Source of the DNA: a virus
Virus record (IMG/VR): IMGVR_UViG_3300043122_000207
Coordinates: 96,001-160,000 of that record
Length of the DNA: 64,000 nt
Strand: one strand, 5' to 3'
Positions within the stretch are counted from its first letter, which is position 1; every line of letters starts with the position of its first letter. The notes below the pieces were generated by a model, which saw nothing but the letters and a program-made list of their open reading frames with translations, was not told the origin of the DNA and did not search any database. Position numbers and translations under genes: made by a program. Shown piece after piece: positions 1-10,265 of this stretch.

Positions 1-70
1 TCTATAATAGGTTCATTCACACACCAATTTCCATCTATTAATTTAAGATGTTTTTCCATTCATTCCCCTC

Positions 71-715
71 CTACTCTTTTTTAGAGGTGTACTGATTGTA
101 GAGTTCGATTATTTTTTTAAATACCTTTTTACCATAAGTATCAACCATGGAGTTTAAAAATAGTTTAATAAATTTATATCTTGTTTCTAAGTTCTCGTTT
201 ACACTTTCTTCTTTTGTGATCAGGTAACAGAATGCACCAAATGTTTTTTCTTCTCTTCTTGACTCTGCTATTGAATTAATATTAGCCTTTACCAATTTAG
301 TAAACATTTTATAATCTACACCTTTTTCGTTGCATGTGTTCTGAATGAAGGCTAAAAATAAAGCATTATGTTCTTTTATCTTATCATAATTATCTAAGAA
401 TGATAAATCAAGTGTATCAAGATATGACACTATACCTTGGACATACTCATCACTAACATTTCTTTCTTTAACACTTTCTACTACACCCATTGCTTTATCG
501 TATACTTCATCAGTTACCTCTTTTTTATCTTCATCTTCAAAAGCTTCTTTCATATTTTTCTCATATTCAAGAACCCACTCTTTTATATATTCGTTTAATT
601 CATAAAAGTTAGCATCCTGATATTCCATTGTGTTTTCATCTTTTAAATCTTTATTAATCTGCTCCATCATTTCTTTTTCGTCATTATAAACAGCTAATTC
701 TTCCATTTTATCCAT
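71..715 (-). CDS. Hypothetical acidic protein
   Basis: 214-aa ORF with GGAGGG-type RBS, directly downstream of the 723-1358 ORF; no recognisable motif. Confidence 0.75.
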   Translation of the reverse strand: MDKMEELAVYNDEKEMMEQINKDLKDENTMEYQDANFYELNEYIKEWVLEYEKNMKEAFEDEDKKEVTDEVYDKAMGVVESVKERNVSDEYVQGIVSYLDTLDLSFLDNYDKIKEHNALFLAFIQNTCNEKGVDYKMFTKLVKANINSIAESRREEKTFGAFCYLITKEESVNENLETRYKFIKLFLNSMVDTYGKKVFKKIIELYNQYTSKKE

Positions 716-722
716 CCCCTTA

Positions 723-1358
723 TTAGTTATTTTGTAATTCTCTATTTTTTAATCTTAATCTAACCTTTTCTGATATATTCACAAGATAATGAATGTCATC
801 CCCATAAACAGTTGACACCAATAGATGGTACGGAGAGATGTCATCTTTTATTTCGATATAATCCTCAATAAAAGAAAGCTGATCATTTGGAATAAATTCA
901 GATAGGTCATCCATAAGACAGTCAGAAACTATATATGATAGACTATTTCTTATAACTGATTCTTTTCTACTCACACCATATATATTTGCTGTATGATCTA
1001 CATCTTCTCTTTTAACACGGTCACGATACTGTTCATAAAGTCTGTCCTCATTAAACATTATATAACTTGCAACTATATCAGCTACATTGTTTAACCTCTT
1101 TGATACTAAAAAACGGTAAACTTTCGATATTATTTTTGGGTCATTACTATTGATGTTTATCCCAAAAAATCTTTCTATTACAGATTTAATTGAGATAATC
1201 TCATTTACGACTTCTTTTGATTTTGTGATATTGTCATCACGATACCTTTCTATATGGTAATTATAATCACCAACCCTTTCATTGTCTGGAAAACAGTTTT
1301 CGTCAATATAAGTATATTCTAAATTATTTAATTGTCTGGCTATCATATTCACTAACAT
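723..1358 (-). CDS. Hypothetical protein, divergent from the tail sheath gene
   Basis: 211-aa ORF with AAGGAGGG RBS; no recognisable motif. Confidence 0.75.
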   Translation of the reverse strand: MLVNMIARQLNNLEYTYIDENCFPDNERVGDYNYHIERYRDDNITKSKEVVNEIISIKSVIERFFGININSNDPKIISKVYRFLVSKRLNNVADIVASYIMFNEDRLYEQYRDRVKREDVDHTANIYGVSRKESVIRNSLSYIVSDCLMDDLSEFIPNDQLSFIEDYIEIKDDISPYHLLVSTVYGDDIHYLVNISEKVRLRLKNRELQNN

Positions 1359-1452
1359 AACAATCCCTCCTTTTATTTTTGCTTCAAATCATTGTTTCAA
1401 TTATGAAAAAATATTTTATCCATAGGGTTATCTTATATAAGCGTCACAATTT

Positions 1453-1466
1453 AACAATTTTTATAG
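1453..1466 (+). promoter_or_regulatory. Late (nvRNAP-type) promoter AACAA-N6-TAG upstream of sheath
   Basis: Motif recurs at 13 intergenic sites upstream of virion and other genes; resembles the AR9 late consensus AACA-N6-TA/G. Confidence 0.7.
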
Positions 1467-1494
1467 TCAATAATTGAAAGGAGGAATAACATAA

Positions 1495-3492
1495 ATGGAA
1501 CTAATTTATGGTGAGAATTTTCAATACTCATTTCCACATACCACATATTATGAAGTAGATAGAACAAGACAGGACGATCCATTGCCTGCTTTACCTGATA
1601 CAGCAACTCTGGTTATGTTTATTTTGTCGGGAGAGGGTTTAGATGATGGATTTTTAGAATTTAGTGGATCCACAGCTTTAAGAGACTTTGATGAAGCCTT
1701 TGGTGATTTAAACACAAAGAAATATGGTCTTATGATGGAATTTGCTAGAAAACATATTATAGCTGGTGGTCGTTTAATTGCAAGAAGACTAACAGCTGAA
1801 GATGCAGCTTTAGCCAATGCATTATATGAACTAGAAATTTCTGAGAAAACAGATGTTACCTTTTACTTAGATGATACTGGTGCAGTTTTTGAAAGTCAAA
1901 ATGATGCTGGTGATCTAGAAGAGGTGGTTGTTAGTTCATATGAATTCAACACATTAATCAAACATATAGCTTCAGTCCAAAACTCTGGGGAACTGGATGT
2001 TACAGCAGCCTTAGATATGGACGATAGTTTACCAGCAGCTGGTTCACCAGCAGTTCTTCCTATTTACGGTTTTTCCGTTCTAGGTAGAGGTAAATTCGGT
2101 AACGCTTATCAGATAATTCTTAACGATACTATTAAAGATGCACAAGGGTATCCTCTTAAAAATTATATGTTAGCCGATATGAAAACGGGTAATGTTATCG
2201 ATGACTATGAGGTTTCTCATGTACCTGATTTAACTGATAATGATATTCCGGTAGCTTTTGACACCGTAATTAATAATTACAGTGCTAAATTGGGTGTAAC
2301 AATGTATGAGGATAATTACGAACTGTTTAACGATCTTTTTGAAGATATGATTGATGAGGTCATCACAAACCTTAATGCACTCACTACAACTAATCCTATC
2401 ACAAACTTAGTTGATCGTTTAAACGAATTAAAAACATTCGTTTCATTATTAGATGAATCATTCCTTAATAATCTTGACTTATTTAGTGATTCAATATTCC
2501 CTGAAGAGGAAGGTATTAACCTAAATCTTATCTTCCCAAATAATATTGATACAAATATTACTTTGGCTGAAGGTAGTGACGGGGAACTGGCTAAAATGAA
2601 AAGATTTGATTGGGAATACCAAAATGCAACTGGCGATAAGGTTGTAGAAAAGTTATTTGCAGATGCTTGGTCAGGTGCTATTGACCCTGTGTTATTTGAT
2701 ATTCAGAAAGTATCTGGTGATATCATTCTTGACCCTGGATATCCAACCACAGTAAAAGAGGCTATTTCAGGACTTGTTAAAAAATCAAGATTGGATATGT
2801 TATATCTTGCTGGTGTTCCAGTCACAGCAAAAACAATCGACATGTTAGAAACATGGAATATGACATTCAATCCAGAAAATCAGCAAATGATGAAACTTGG
2901 TGAAACAGTACCTTATAGATCAGATGATAATGGTAAAATATATAGGGTTCCTATTTCTATTTTGCTATATCTGAACTTAATTGATCATTATATGAATGGT
3001 TTTAAAGAACCGTTTGCTGGAGACAATGTATATATTAGTGGAATTGAATCCGATAACATTCTGCCGTCTATCAATACACTTGATGACAAACAAAGAATGG
3101 ACGATATGAACTTTAATATAGTTTCAAGAGATTCTGACGGGATTTTCTTAAATGGTCAGATGACAAATATCATCGGTCAATACTCTAAATTAAAAGAAGC
3201 ATTCAACATTATGATTAAAGGTAGAATCATAAAATATTATGTGCCTTTATTAGAAGCTAGAAAACATAAACTGGATACTCCTCAAAATATCGAATCTGTT
3301 CGTAGAGAACTAGAAGAATTAATGAACGATAGATTTGGTGGAAAGTGTGCTAAGATCCAGGTTGAAGCTTATTTTAAAAATGAACAAGAAGAAGCTCGTG
3401 GCGATGTTACTATGGCACTCTATTGGTGGCCTAATGGGTCTATTAAACGTTATAGAGCGTATCTATACACAATGCCAAAGGAGAAGCTATAA
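1495..3492 (+). CDS. Contractile tail sheath protein (jumbo-phage type)
   Basis: 665 aa, strong RBS, late promoter upstream; N-terminal YSFPHTTY..FG..N.KKYG and sheath-like C-terminal domain; followed by a tube-sized gene as in phiKZ gp29-gp30. Confidence 0.85.
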   Translation: MELIYGENFQYSFPHTTYYEVDRTRQDDPLPALPDTATLVMFILSGEGLDDGFLEFSGSTALRDFDEAFGDLNTKKYGLMMEFARKHIIAGGRLIARRLTAEDAALANALYELEISEKTDVTFYLDDTGAVFESQNDAGDLEEVVVSSYEFNTLIKHIASVQNSGELDVTAALDMDDSLPAAGSPAVLPIYGFSVLGRGKFGNAYQIILNDTIKDAQGYPLKNYMLADMKTGNVIDDYEVSHVPDLTDNDIPVAFDTVINNYSAKLGVTMYEDNYELFNDLFEDMIDEVITNLNALTTTNPITNLVDRLNELKTFVSLLDESFLNNLDLFSDSIFPEEEGINLNLIFPNNIDTNITLAEGSDGELAKMKRFDWEYQNATGDKVVEKLFADAWSGAIDPVLFDIQKVSGDIILDPGYPTTVKEAISGLVKKSRLDMLYLAGVPVTAKTIDMLETWNMTFNPENQQMMKLGETVPYRSDDNGKIYRVPISILLYLNLIDHYMNGFKEPFAGDNVYISGIESDNILPSINTLDDKQRMDDMNFNIVSRDSDGIFLNGQMTNIIGQYSKLKEAFNIMIKGRIIKYYVPLLEARKHKLDTPQNIESVRRELEELMNDRFGGKCAKIQVEAYFKNEQEEARGDVTMALYWWPNGSIKRYRAYLYTMPKEKL

Positions 3493-3524
3493 TATATAAA
3501 TTTATAAAGAGAGGTGAGATTTAA

Positions 3525-4346
3525 ATGGCCAAAGATGAAGCCAGCACAGCTTATCAAAATACTATTAATGGTTCATCACTTAAAGGCGATCAGTTTAATG
3601 CCGGTGGTGTAAACAATCATTTTTTAGCTAATTATAAAGAAGACGATATTGCAAATAGGATATATACTGATCTTTTGCAGCTTGATATGGTTAACCTTAA
3701 AAAGTTAACACCCTACCAACCAGGTAGAGGATACTTTATCCCAACCAGAATGCCCAAGTTTATGGAGGATCAATTTGAAGATCAAACTAAATTCTTTAAA
3801 ACTTTATTGATTGGGTATTGTGTTGGGTTTGATGGTATCACAGATCCTACTATGAACTTCTCAGAAGTTACTAGTGGTGTTGAATCTCAGACCATGGATG
3901 TTGCAAATAATGTTACAGGTTTGACAAGAGAAGTGACAATGAGATTCCCTGCTGAACTTAGAGGGCAATTCCTAACCCGTTATCAGTACAACTGGATGAC
4001 AGGTATTATGGATCCTTATACAGATAGAGGGAGATATCATGGTGCTGATTTAGAATACACCAACGCTAACCATACAATGAGTGGTGTTTATTTTACATTA
4101 GACCCAAGTGAATCCGCTATTGAATTTTCAGCTTATCTATTAAACATGATGCCTAAAAATGCACAGCTTAGTATCAATAACAAAAACAAAGGTGAGAACA
4201 CGCCACCAGAAATTACCACACCTTACAGTTGTCAGTTTATTACTAATAATAAAATGATAACCGATAAGTGTTATGAGTTCTTAGAAGAAATGAACGGTGA
4301 AATTGGTGGAGTAACATCTAAAGCAGATAACATTGAATTTCCTTAA
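3525..4346 (+). CDS. Tail tube protein
   Basis: 273 aa immediately after the sheath; LTPYQPGRG, WMTGIMDPYT and YHG motifs typical of jumbo-phage tube proteins; terminator follows. Confidence 0.8.
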   Translation: MAKDEASTAYQNTINGSSLKGDQFNAGGVNNHFLANYKEDDIANRIYTDLLQLDMVNLKKLTPYQPGRGYFIPTRMPKFMEDQFEDQTKFFKTLLIGYCVGFDGITDPTMNFSEVTSGVESQTMDVANNVTGLTREVTMRFPAELRGQFLTRYQYNWMTGIMDPYTDRGRYHGADLEYTNANHTMSGVYFTLDPSESAIEFSAYLLNMMPKNAQLSINNKNKGENTPPEITTPYSCQFITNNKMITDKCYEFLEEMNGEIGGVTSKADNIEFP

Positions 4347-4357
4347 ATAAAAATTAA

Positions 4358-4385
4358 GCAGGGGCTCACACCCCTGCCTTTTTAT
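4358..4385. terminator. Bidirectional intrinsic terminator
   Basis: GCAGGGG-ctcaca-CCCCTGC plus T tract between convergent genes. Confidence 0.85.
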
Positions 4386-4387
4386 TT

Positions 4388-5485
4388 TTAATATACAAAT
4401 CTATTGTCACTATCATAAACTACTTTTATATCTCTTCTTGCTGCACGGGCTACAGAATAAAAAACCCTTTTATTATTTATGTCGTTATTTTTCATTTCAA
4501 AAAATAAAGTATCGTAAGATTTATCCACTACCATCTTTGGTGGTACAACGTAAGAATAATATAACCTAACACCACCAGCCATATACTCGTCATAATCTAA
4601 ACCATATAAAACATTAATAAAGTTCATGTCGATCCAAAGTTCCACTTCTTTTCCTTTGAAATCAAAGACACCATAGAAACACCCATCATTATTCATTCTG
4701 GCATCCTTTACTATCAATTCTTCTCCAAGTTGTATCTCTATCTCATTTCCTTTTGAATCTTTTGTTTTGATTGGTTGGTATGCAATCATTCTCTCGCCTT
4801 TTCTTGGTTCAGCACCATGGTAATCAAATATGTAACTTCTTATCTTTTTATTGGTGTCCCCAACATAGAATTTTGAAACAACAGCAACATCATAATCAAA
4901 AATCTCTTCAAGTTCTGGTTTTTTATCTGATACAACATAAGATCTGTTATTTATATTTTCTAATTCTTCCATTGTACCGTTTCTTATTCTATTGGCAAAA
5001 TAAACTAACTCCTGAGAATACTTTGGGAGTTTATTTATTTTATCTAAGTAAAGATCACAATTTCTAATATGTTTTATTACATCCCCGTTTGAAAAATAAT
5101 CAACTAAAAAAGAATCCCCTATATCGACAACCGATGTTTTAAAATTTCTTTTGATTTCATGTATGTGTTCTACACCGGTGAAATTAGAAGACCATATGAA
5201 AGTTAAGTCGGCAGTGGTGTCGTTTTCTTTTAACTCATATTGCATTCCACTTTCTTTTTTCTTTAATACATAGTAATCTGTTATCCTTTCATAATCCACA
5301 TCGTAGTGATCTAGAATCCTTTCTTGCTCTACACCTGAAGCTAAAACTTTAACACCTTTATTGGAATATAAACCCATTAATGGTTCTATTACTGTCTCAT
5401 AAACATTCACACCATGTATTGCATCTACCGTCATAACTCTATTATTAGAATTTATTGTTTTTTCATATTTTTTTACGATATCCAT
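4388..5485 (-). CDS. Dda/RecD-like SF1B helicase homologue with degenerate catalytic motifs
   Basis: Start refined to 5485 (GGAGG RBS). SF1B layout retained (GD..., SQELVYFANRIRNG, GERMI, YSYVV, RVFYSVARAARR), but Walker A position reads DAIHGVNV and Walker B position reads WSSN. Confidence 0.6.
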   Translation of the reverse strand: MDIVKKYEKTINSNNRVMTVDAIHGVNVYETVIEPLMGLYSNKGVKVLASGVEQERILDHYDVDYERITDYYVLKKKESGMQYELKENDTTADLTFIWSSNFTGVEHIHEIKRNFKTSVVDIGDSFLVDYFSNGDVIKHIRNCDLYLDKINKLPKYSQELVYFANRIRNGTMEELENINNRSYVVSDKKPELEEIFDYDVAVVSKFYVGDTNKKIRSYIFDYHGAEPRKGERMIAYQPIKTKDSKGNEIEIQLGEELIVKDARMNNDGCFYGVFDFKGKEVELWIDMNFINVLYGLDYDEYMAGGVRLYYSYVVPPKMVVDKSYDTLFFEMKNNDINNKRVFYSVARAARRDIKVVYDSDNRFVY

Positions 5486-5531
5486 AATTTTGAGCCTCCC
5501 ACTGATAATATTGAAATATAATACCGCATGA

Positions 5532-5545
5532 AACAATTAAATTAG
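5532..5545 (+). promoter_or_regulatory. Late promoter AACAA-N6-TAG
   Basis: AACAATTAAATTAG. Confidence 0.6.
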
Positions 5546-5599
5546 TACATTATTTTGTTTCCGACATTTGGAGGTACAAAAGTATTAGGAGGTTTTTAA

Positions 5600-6358
5600 A
5601 TGTTTAATAACGAGTATTTTGAGCCAACCAGCATAGAAAAATGTATATTACTCACACCTAGAGCACATATAACTTCAAAGGAATTTGAGATAAGTATACC
5701 TAGGCTGATGCCAAAGTTAGAAAAATTACCACCAATAACAAAGAACGAACCAACAAACGAAAGTTCTCATGTTTTGAATAAAACAAGCATGGCTAAAAAT
5801 GTTTCGACAGCTAATTTTTTAAAAGCAAAAGCCATGACAGATTATAGAAGTTGGATGTTTGGACAGATATATAAGATGACACACTCACATTGTATAACAG
5901 AAACTGAAGTTGTGCCTGTTGGTGGTAGTTATGCAAAACCACCATTTAAAGAAAGAGTAGATGAAATGGAAACATCAGAAGTAACTTCACCAAGTCCGAC
6001 AATCAAAACTTCCCCACCAGCTATTAGGAACGCTGTCGTTAAGGATCTTCCAGATTTTGTTTTTAAACCATTCGAACAAAACGGCGTAAGTAGACCTATA
6101 AACTTTCCTTTTTCTTCAATGGATTTGAAGCACGACCATCTTGTGGATTCAAGAGGGGATGGACACCCACCACAACCACATAGAAAACATGTACATCCAA
6201 TCATAAAACCTTTCCAATTTTTCAATGTGAAATATGAGGGTTTGAATGATAGGGTTATAAAATATGGACATGAAATGATAGGGTGTTTTGTTTCGGGTGA
6301 TTTGAACGATTTCAGAATAATGCATATACCCGATATTATACCAATGAAAGGGGATTAA
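5600..6358 (+). CDS. Putative baseplate/central-spike-associated virion protein
   Basis: Late promoter at 5532-5545; three HxH motifs; co-transcribed with a gp53-like gene. Confidence 0.45.
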   Translation: MFNNEYFEPTSIEKCILLTPRAHITSKEFEISIPRLMPKLEKLPPITKNEPTNESSHVLNKTSMAKNVSTANFLKAKAMTDYRSWMFGQIYKMTHSHCITETEVVPVGGSYAKPPFKERVDEMETSEVTSPSPTIKTSPPAIRNAVVKDLPDFVFKPFEQNGVSRPINFPFSSMDLKHDHLVDSRGDGHPPQPHRKHVHPIIKPFQFFNVKYEGLNDRVIKYGHEMIGCFVSGDLNDFRIMHIPDIIPMKGD

Positions 6359-6361
6359 TAA

Positions 6362-6736
6362 ATGTATTTAAATAAAGAGGATTTTTCAAGTTATACTGAA
6401 TATATAAATTTATTGGACGAAAGTATATTCAATTTCGATAATTGTAAAATAAAGAAATTAAAGGACGAACATATTTTAGACCTGTGTTCTGATATCATCC
6501 AAAAGAACAAAATGGTTTTAACATTCGATAGAGATGAAGTTAAAACCTTTGATAACAAACCAAAAATATTATCCAATACACTTTATGGTACACCGGATCT
6601 TTGGTTTATACTCATGAAATTAAATGGGGTTTCACATCCCGATGACTTTGATTGTACGAGTGATGTGTTTATAATGAATCCAGAGAATATCCCGGAGTTA
6701 TTAGCAGTGTATGATAATTTAAAACACACACTCTAG
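6362..6736 (+). CDS. Baseplate wedge protein, T4 gp53-like
   Basis: PKILSNTLYGTPDLWFILMKLNG matches the gp53/LysM-like P..lS..lYG...lwW.il..N pattern. Confidence 0.7.
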   Translation: MYLNKEDFSSYTEYINLLDESIFNFDNCKIKKLKDEHILDLCSDIIQKNKMVLTFDRDEVKTFDNKPKILSNTLYGTPDLWFILMKLNGVSHPDDFDCTSDVFIMNPENIPELLAVYDNLKHTL

Positions 6737-6748
6737 TATTTTTCTTCA

Positions 6749-6760
6749 ATTATATATTAT
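6749..6760 (+). promoter_or_regulatory. Early (vRNAP-type) promoter motif ATTATATATTAT
   Basis: Same motif in 8 intergenic regions: 6749, 9343, 14142 (G at first base), 15750, 38657, 43736, 46648, 52879. Confidence 0.7.
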
Positions 6761-6802
6761 TATATTAGAACGGTAATAATAATATTAATTAGGAGATGAT
6801 TA

Positions 6803-7321
6803 TTGATGAATGCAGTTTATAGTTTTTTAAGAGTTTTAAATGATCCAAAAGAAATAGAAAATATTGAAGATGAAGAAGTTTTAGAAATAGCTAAGAATAT
6901 CAATTTTAATATAGTGAAACATTTAAATGAGTCCAGACATTCTAAAATATTGAGGGAAAATGACGAGGAGCTAATTAAAGAGGTAATAAAAAAAGCAAAC
7001 AGTAAGGATAATATTGAGATGCTTTTGGATTCATTAAAGATACAGTGTTTAATGGGTAAGGAATTATATATGCTCATAAAAAATATAATGGACTCAATAG
7101 ATAATAAAGAAAGTGTAGTAAAATTCTTAATCCAAATATTACATGAGGTCGATGAATCACATTTACGTGATTTTCTATCCTTAATAAAAGATAAGAATGA
7201 GAATACGCTTTTAAAAGAGCTCATTAAGATGGCTGAATTGATTTTGGATACCAAAACCATTAAGAATAAATTTTCTCGCAATCTTAACACTATAATAGAG
7301 GAATGTAAGGTACATGATTGA
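6803..7321 (+). CDS. Hypothetical early protein
   Basis: ORF with AGGAG RBS downstream of early promoter 6749-6760. Confidence 0.7.
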   Translation: MMNAVYSFLRVLNDPKEIENIEDEEVLEIAKNINFNIVKHLNESRHSKILRENDEELIKEVIKKANSKDNIEMLLDSLKIQCLMGKELYMLIKNIMDSIDNKESVVKFLIQILHEVDESHLRDFLSLIKDKNENTLLKELIKMAELILDTKTIKNKFSRNLNTIIEECKVHD

Positions 7322-8198
7322 GAAATTGGGAGGTGAAGAAATGGTAAATGTAAAAGATTATATGTATTTTAAAAATTTATACGATGTTACAAACGATCCT
7401 AAAGTTTTTAGAGAAATAGGAGACGGGTTATATGAACTTATTGAAAAGACACCATTTTTCTTTGAGGTGTTTCGTCATGAGGATCTAATACATGAATATA
7501 TAGAAGAGATAATAGATGTTTTAAATTTTAAAAATAAAAAATCATGGATGGATTGTGACGAAGACTGCGGTAAGTGCCATATATATTGTGAGAAGGCTAT
7601 AGATATCATGTATCTACCTTTTTATAGGGGGTATCCGAAAGATAAAAAACTTTTGGATGAATTGATAGCAAGTTTTAATGATAATATGTTAATCGAGCAA
7701 TGTCCTAATCTAGCCATCTATTATTTGAATGAAGTTCCAGGTGAATTTGTTAAACTCTTAAATGAAAAGATGGTTTTAAATACACTTGTAGAAACCGTTG
7801 CAATATGGGTTGGTCAAGTTATAGAATGGTTGGGTTCACCAGTTGATTACCTTATGATGTATAAAAATATGCAGGGTATAACAGCTGAAAGTGACGACAA
7901 ATTCAATGAAGAAAGATTCGTGGTTGATAAGGATACGCCTATTGATTACGAGAAATACAGAGTTGTACCTATACTTTGTGATGAATTCTATCAAACATAT
8001 AAGGAACATATGTTGGAACTTATGTTTGAGTGGCTTTTAGATTATAAGTCAAGGGACTACATTATTTCTTATATAAATGATAATTTTGAAAAATTTGTGC
8101 GTTCCTTAACAGACATGTTACCATATTATGTGGATTCTAAAACAGACAATAAAATTTTAGCAAAGGATATAACAGAGAAATTGAGAGGAGGATATTGA
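7314..8198 (+). CDS. Hypothetical protein with Cys cluster (CDEDCGKCHIYC)
   Basis: 294-aa ORF in the same operon; possible metal-binding cluster. Confidence 0.7.
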   Translation: MIEKLGGEEMVNVKDYMYFKNLYDVTNDPKVFREIGDGLYELIEKTPFFFEVFRHEDLIHEYIEEIIDVLNFKNKKSWMDCDEDCGKCHIYCEKAIDIMYLPFYRGYPKDKKLLDELIASFNDNMLIEQCPNLAIYYLNEVPGEFVKLLNEKMVLNTLVETVAIWVGQVIEWLGSPVDYLMMYKNMQGITAESDDKFNEERFVVDKDTPIDYEKYRVVPILCDEFYQTYKEHMLELMFEWLLDYKSRDYIISYINDNFEKFVRSLTDMLPYYVDSKTDNKILAKDITEKLRGGY

Positions 8199-9301
8199 TG
8201 CTGACATTGAGGGATGTGGAGAAGATAAGAGATTTAGTGGAAAGATACCAGTTAAGTGGTAACCCTTTCCATAAAGCTGTGATTTATTTTGAGTACGGTA
8301 TAGAGGGAGCTTTATATTTAAAAGAGTATTCAGTTGCAGCTACACTGATTAAAAAGAATCCTGGTTTAATAAATAAAGAATCAGCTAGGAAATTAAAATT
8401 CAGAGAAGAAATATTTAAGATGTTGGTTAATGATTTTAGAGCATCTAAAGAAAAGATAACAAAATCCACCTCTGATACAGAAGGACTGGAAATGATTATA
8501 GATATCTGTAAGGAGATAGAACCAACACATAACACAAAGAAATTAGATATGTCTTTTGTGTTTGATATTTATAGATTATATGCTGAATGTCCATTCTTTG
8601 AGGATTATGATTTTCTTACGGATGTTGCTTTCAAAGGCTTTATGGACACAACAGAATTCGTGGATAATTTATTTTATAAGTCCACGTTACACACTGCTGT
8701 GTTTGAATTATCTCAGACAATGATTAACATGGCACCATACATGGGAGTCTATCTAGATTTACTTGTGGCTTTAATGCATATTTTTGTGAGACTTTACTAT
8801 GGTGATGATATAATCGATAGAGGAGAAAGAAAGGTTTTAATGGAAGAGATAAAAGATTCCATTTGTGAATGTACTACAACAGTGGATACAGACACCATAT
8901 TGAAAACTATCGTTTATATTAAGTCAATGGAAAGAACATCTAAATTCTATATCGATAAATTTGAATACGAACTACCTTCAGATAGGGATGAAGAATCAGC
9001 CCAGATGGAGATAATTGATAATCTTTATGATTATTTGGAAAAGAGAATAGATAATGAATATGAAGATATCAAATACGATGATATTGAAATTATCGATGTG
9101 GTTCAAGAACTCACTCATGAAAATGGTTTAAGAAGAGTGGCAGTATATAAATATATCAAAGACAACATACTTGATTTCAATGTTGAAGGTTTCTACGATG
9201 TTCAAAAAGAAGTCTATCTTTTAGATTTAATTGATAATGACACAAATACCAATGTCAGCGAAGATATGGACATCGAGGAGAACAACGAAGATTTAAAATA
9301 A
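8195..9301 (+). CDS. Hypothetical protein with acidic tail
   Basis: 368-aa ORF overlapping the previous stop; GAGGAGG RBS. Confidence 0.75.
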   Translation: MMLTLRDVEKIRDLVERYQLSGNPFHKAVIYFEYGIEGALYLKEYSVAATLIKKNPGLINKESARKLKFREEIFKMLVNDFRASKEKITKSTSDTEGLEMIIDICKEIEPTHNTKKLDMSFVFDIYRLYAECPFFEDYDFLTDVAFKGFMDTTEFVDNLFYKSTLHTAVFELSQTMINMAPYMGVYLDLLVALMHIFVRLYYGDDIIDRGERKVLMEEIKDSICECTTTVDTDTILKTIVYIKSMERTSKFYIDKFEYELPSDRDEESAQMEIIDNLYDYLEKRIDNEYEDIKYDDIEIIDVVQELTHENGLRRVAVYKYIKDNILDFNVEGFYDVQKEVYLLDLIDNDTNTNVSEDMDIEENNEDLK

Positions 9302-9342
9302 ATTTCCTTAGCCTATAACAAAAAAATAGATAAGGAAATATA

Positions 9343-9383
9343 ATTATATATTATTAGAGTGAAGCAAGTTGAATATTAAAAAA
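9343..9383 (+). repeat. Early promoter plus leader, 41-bp exact duplicate of 46648-46688
   Basis: ATTATATATTATTAGAGTGAAGCAAGTTGAATATTAAAAAA at both sites. Confidence 0.9.
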
Positions 9384-9406
9384 AAAATTAAAAAGGAGAT
9401 GGTCAA

Positions 9407-10192
9407 ATGAAAAAAGATATTGATAATTTTGAAAATGACAACAATGGTAATGAAAGAGACAATAATCAAAGTAGGGGGAATAAAAAAATGAGCAACGAGA
9501 GACCAAAGAAAACAAGTCTAAAAGATAGTTTCAACGACAGAGATTTCAGCCCACAACACAGTGGTGTTAATTTGGGTTCAGTGAAGGAATATGACGAACC
9601 TGAATTATTAGTTACTAATTTAAGCTATCAAGCAATCTCAGATTTCCTGCTTGAGAACATACAGGAAATTAAACCTGAAAAGGTTAACTGGGAAAGGTTT
9701 GATATCGAATCACTTGCTAGTCAAATTCAAGTTGACAGTGAGGCTGCTATTGATACCATTTGTAAAATTAGTGGTGCAAACTATCGTGATGGTAGATTCA
9801 CAGATTTCTTCGATGCTATTCCTATTTTAGTATTTAAGAAATTGGATGTTGTTGAGAAGCTATCTGTAGATGAAGATTTGGGAGCACTGTCTAGAGAAGA
9901 ATATGAAATTGATTTCTCTAAGATTAAGCAGAAGAATCGTAGATTTTTCCCAAGCCACGGTATGGTTGCTAGTGTGGATAAGGTTAATGAATTGGTGTCA
10001 GTTAATGTTAACATCATTTCAGTGATTGTTTCTGCATTAGGTTATGATCCTGCTAGATTCGGTAGACCTAGTGAAAGAAACAAGTTATTCTTATATACAA
10101 AACAGCAACCACAATCCAGGAACTTTAAAATTGCTATTGCAAATAATAAGTTTCTAGATGATAGATTATTTGATTTACTACAAAGAATTTAA
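9407..10192 (+). CDS. Hypothetical early protein (monocistronic)
   Basis: Own early promoter (9343), AAAAGGAGATGGT RBS and downstream terminator; N-terminus disordered. Confidence 0.75.
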   Translation: MKKDIDNFENDNNGNERDNNQSRGNKKMSNERPKKTSLKDSFNDRDFSPQHSGVNLGSVKEYDEPELLVTNLSYQAISDFLLENIQEIKPEKVNWERFDIESLASQIQVDSEAAIDTICKISGANYRDGRFTDFFDAIPILVFKKLDVVEKLSVDEDLGALSREEYEIDFSKIKQKNRRFFPSHGMVASVDKVNELVSVNVNIISVIVSALGYDPARFGRPSERNKLFLYTKQQPQSRNFKIAIANNKFLDDRLFDLLQRI

Positions 10193-10205
10193 GTATATCA
10201 AATAG

Positions 10206-10229
10206 TTTAATTTATTATAATAAATTAAA
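10206..10229. repeat. 24-bp perfect AT palindrome
   Basis: TTTAATTTATTATAATAAATTAAA. Confidence 0.8.
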
Positions 10230-10234
10230 TAATT

Positions 10235-10265
10235 CTGGGGATTCAGTTCCCCAGATTATTTTTTT
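10235..10265 (+). terminator. Intrinsic terminator
   Basis: CTGGGG..CCCCAG plus T tract. Confidence 0.8.
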
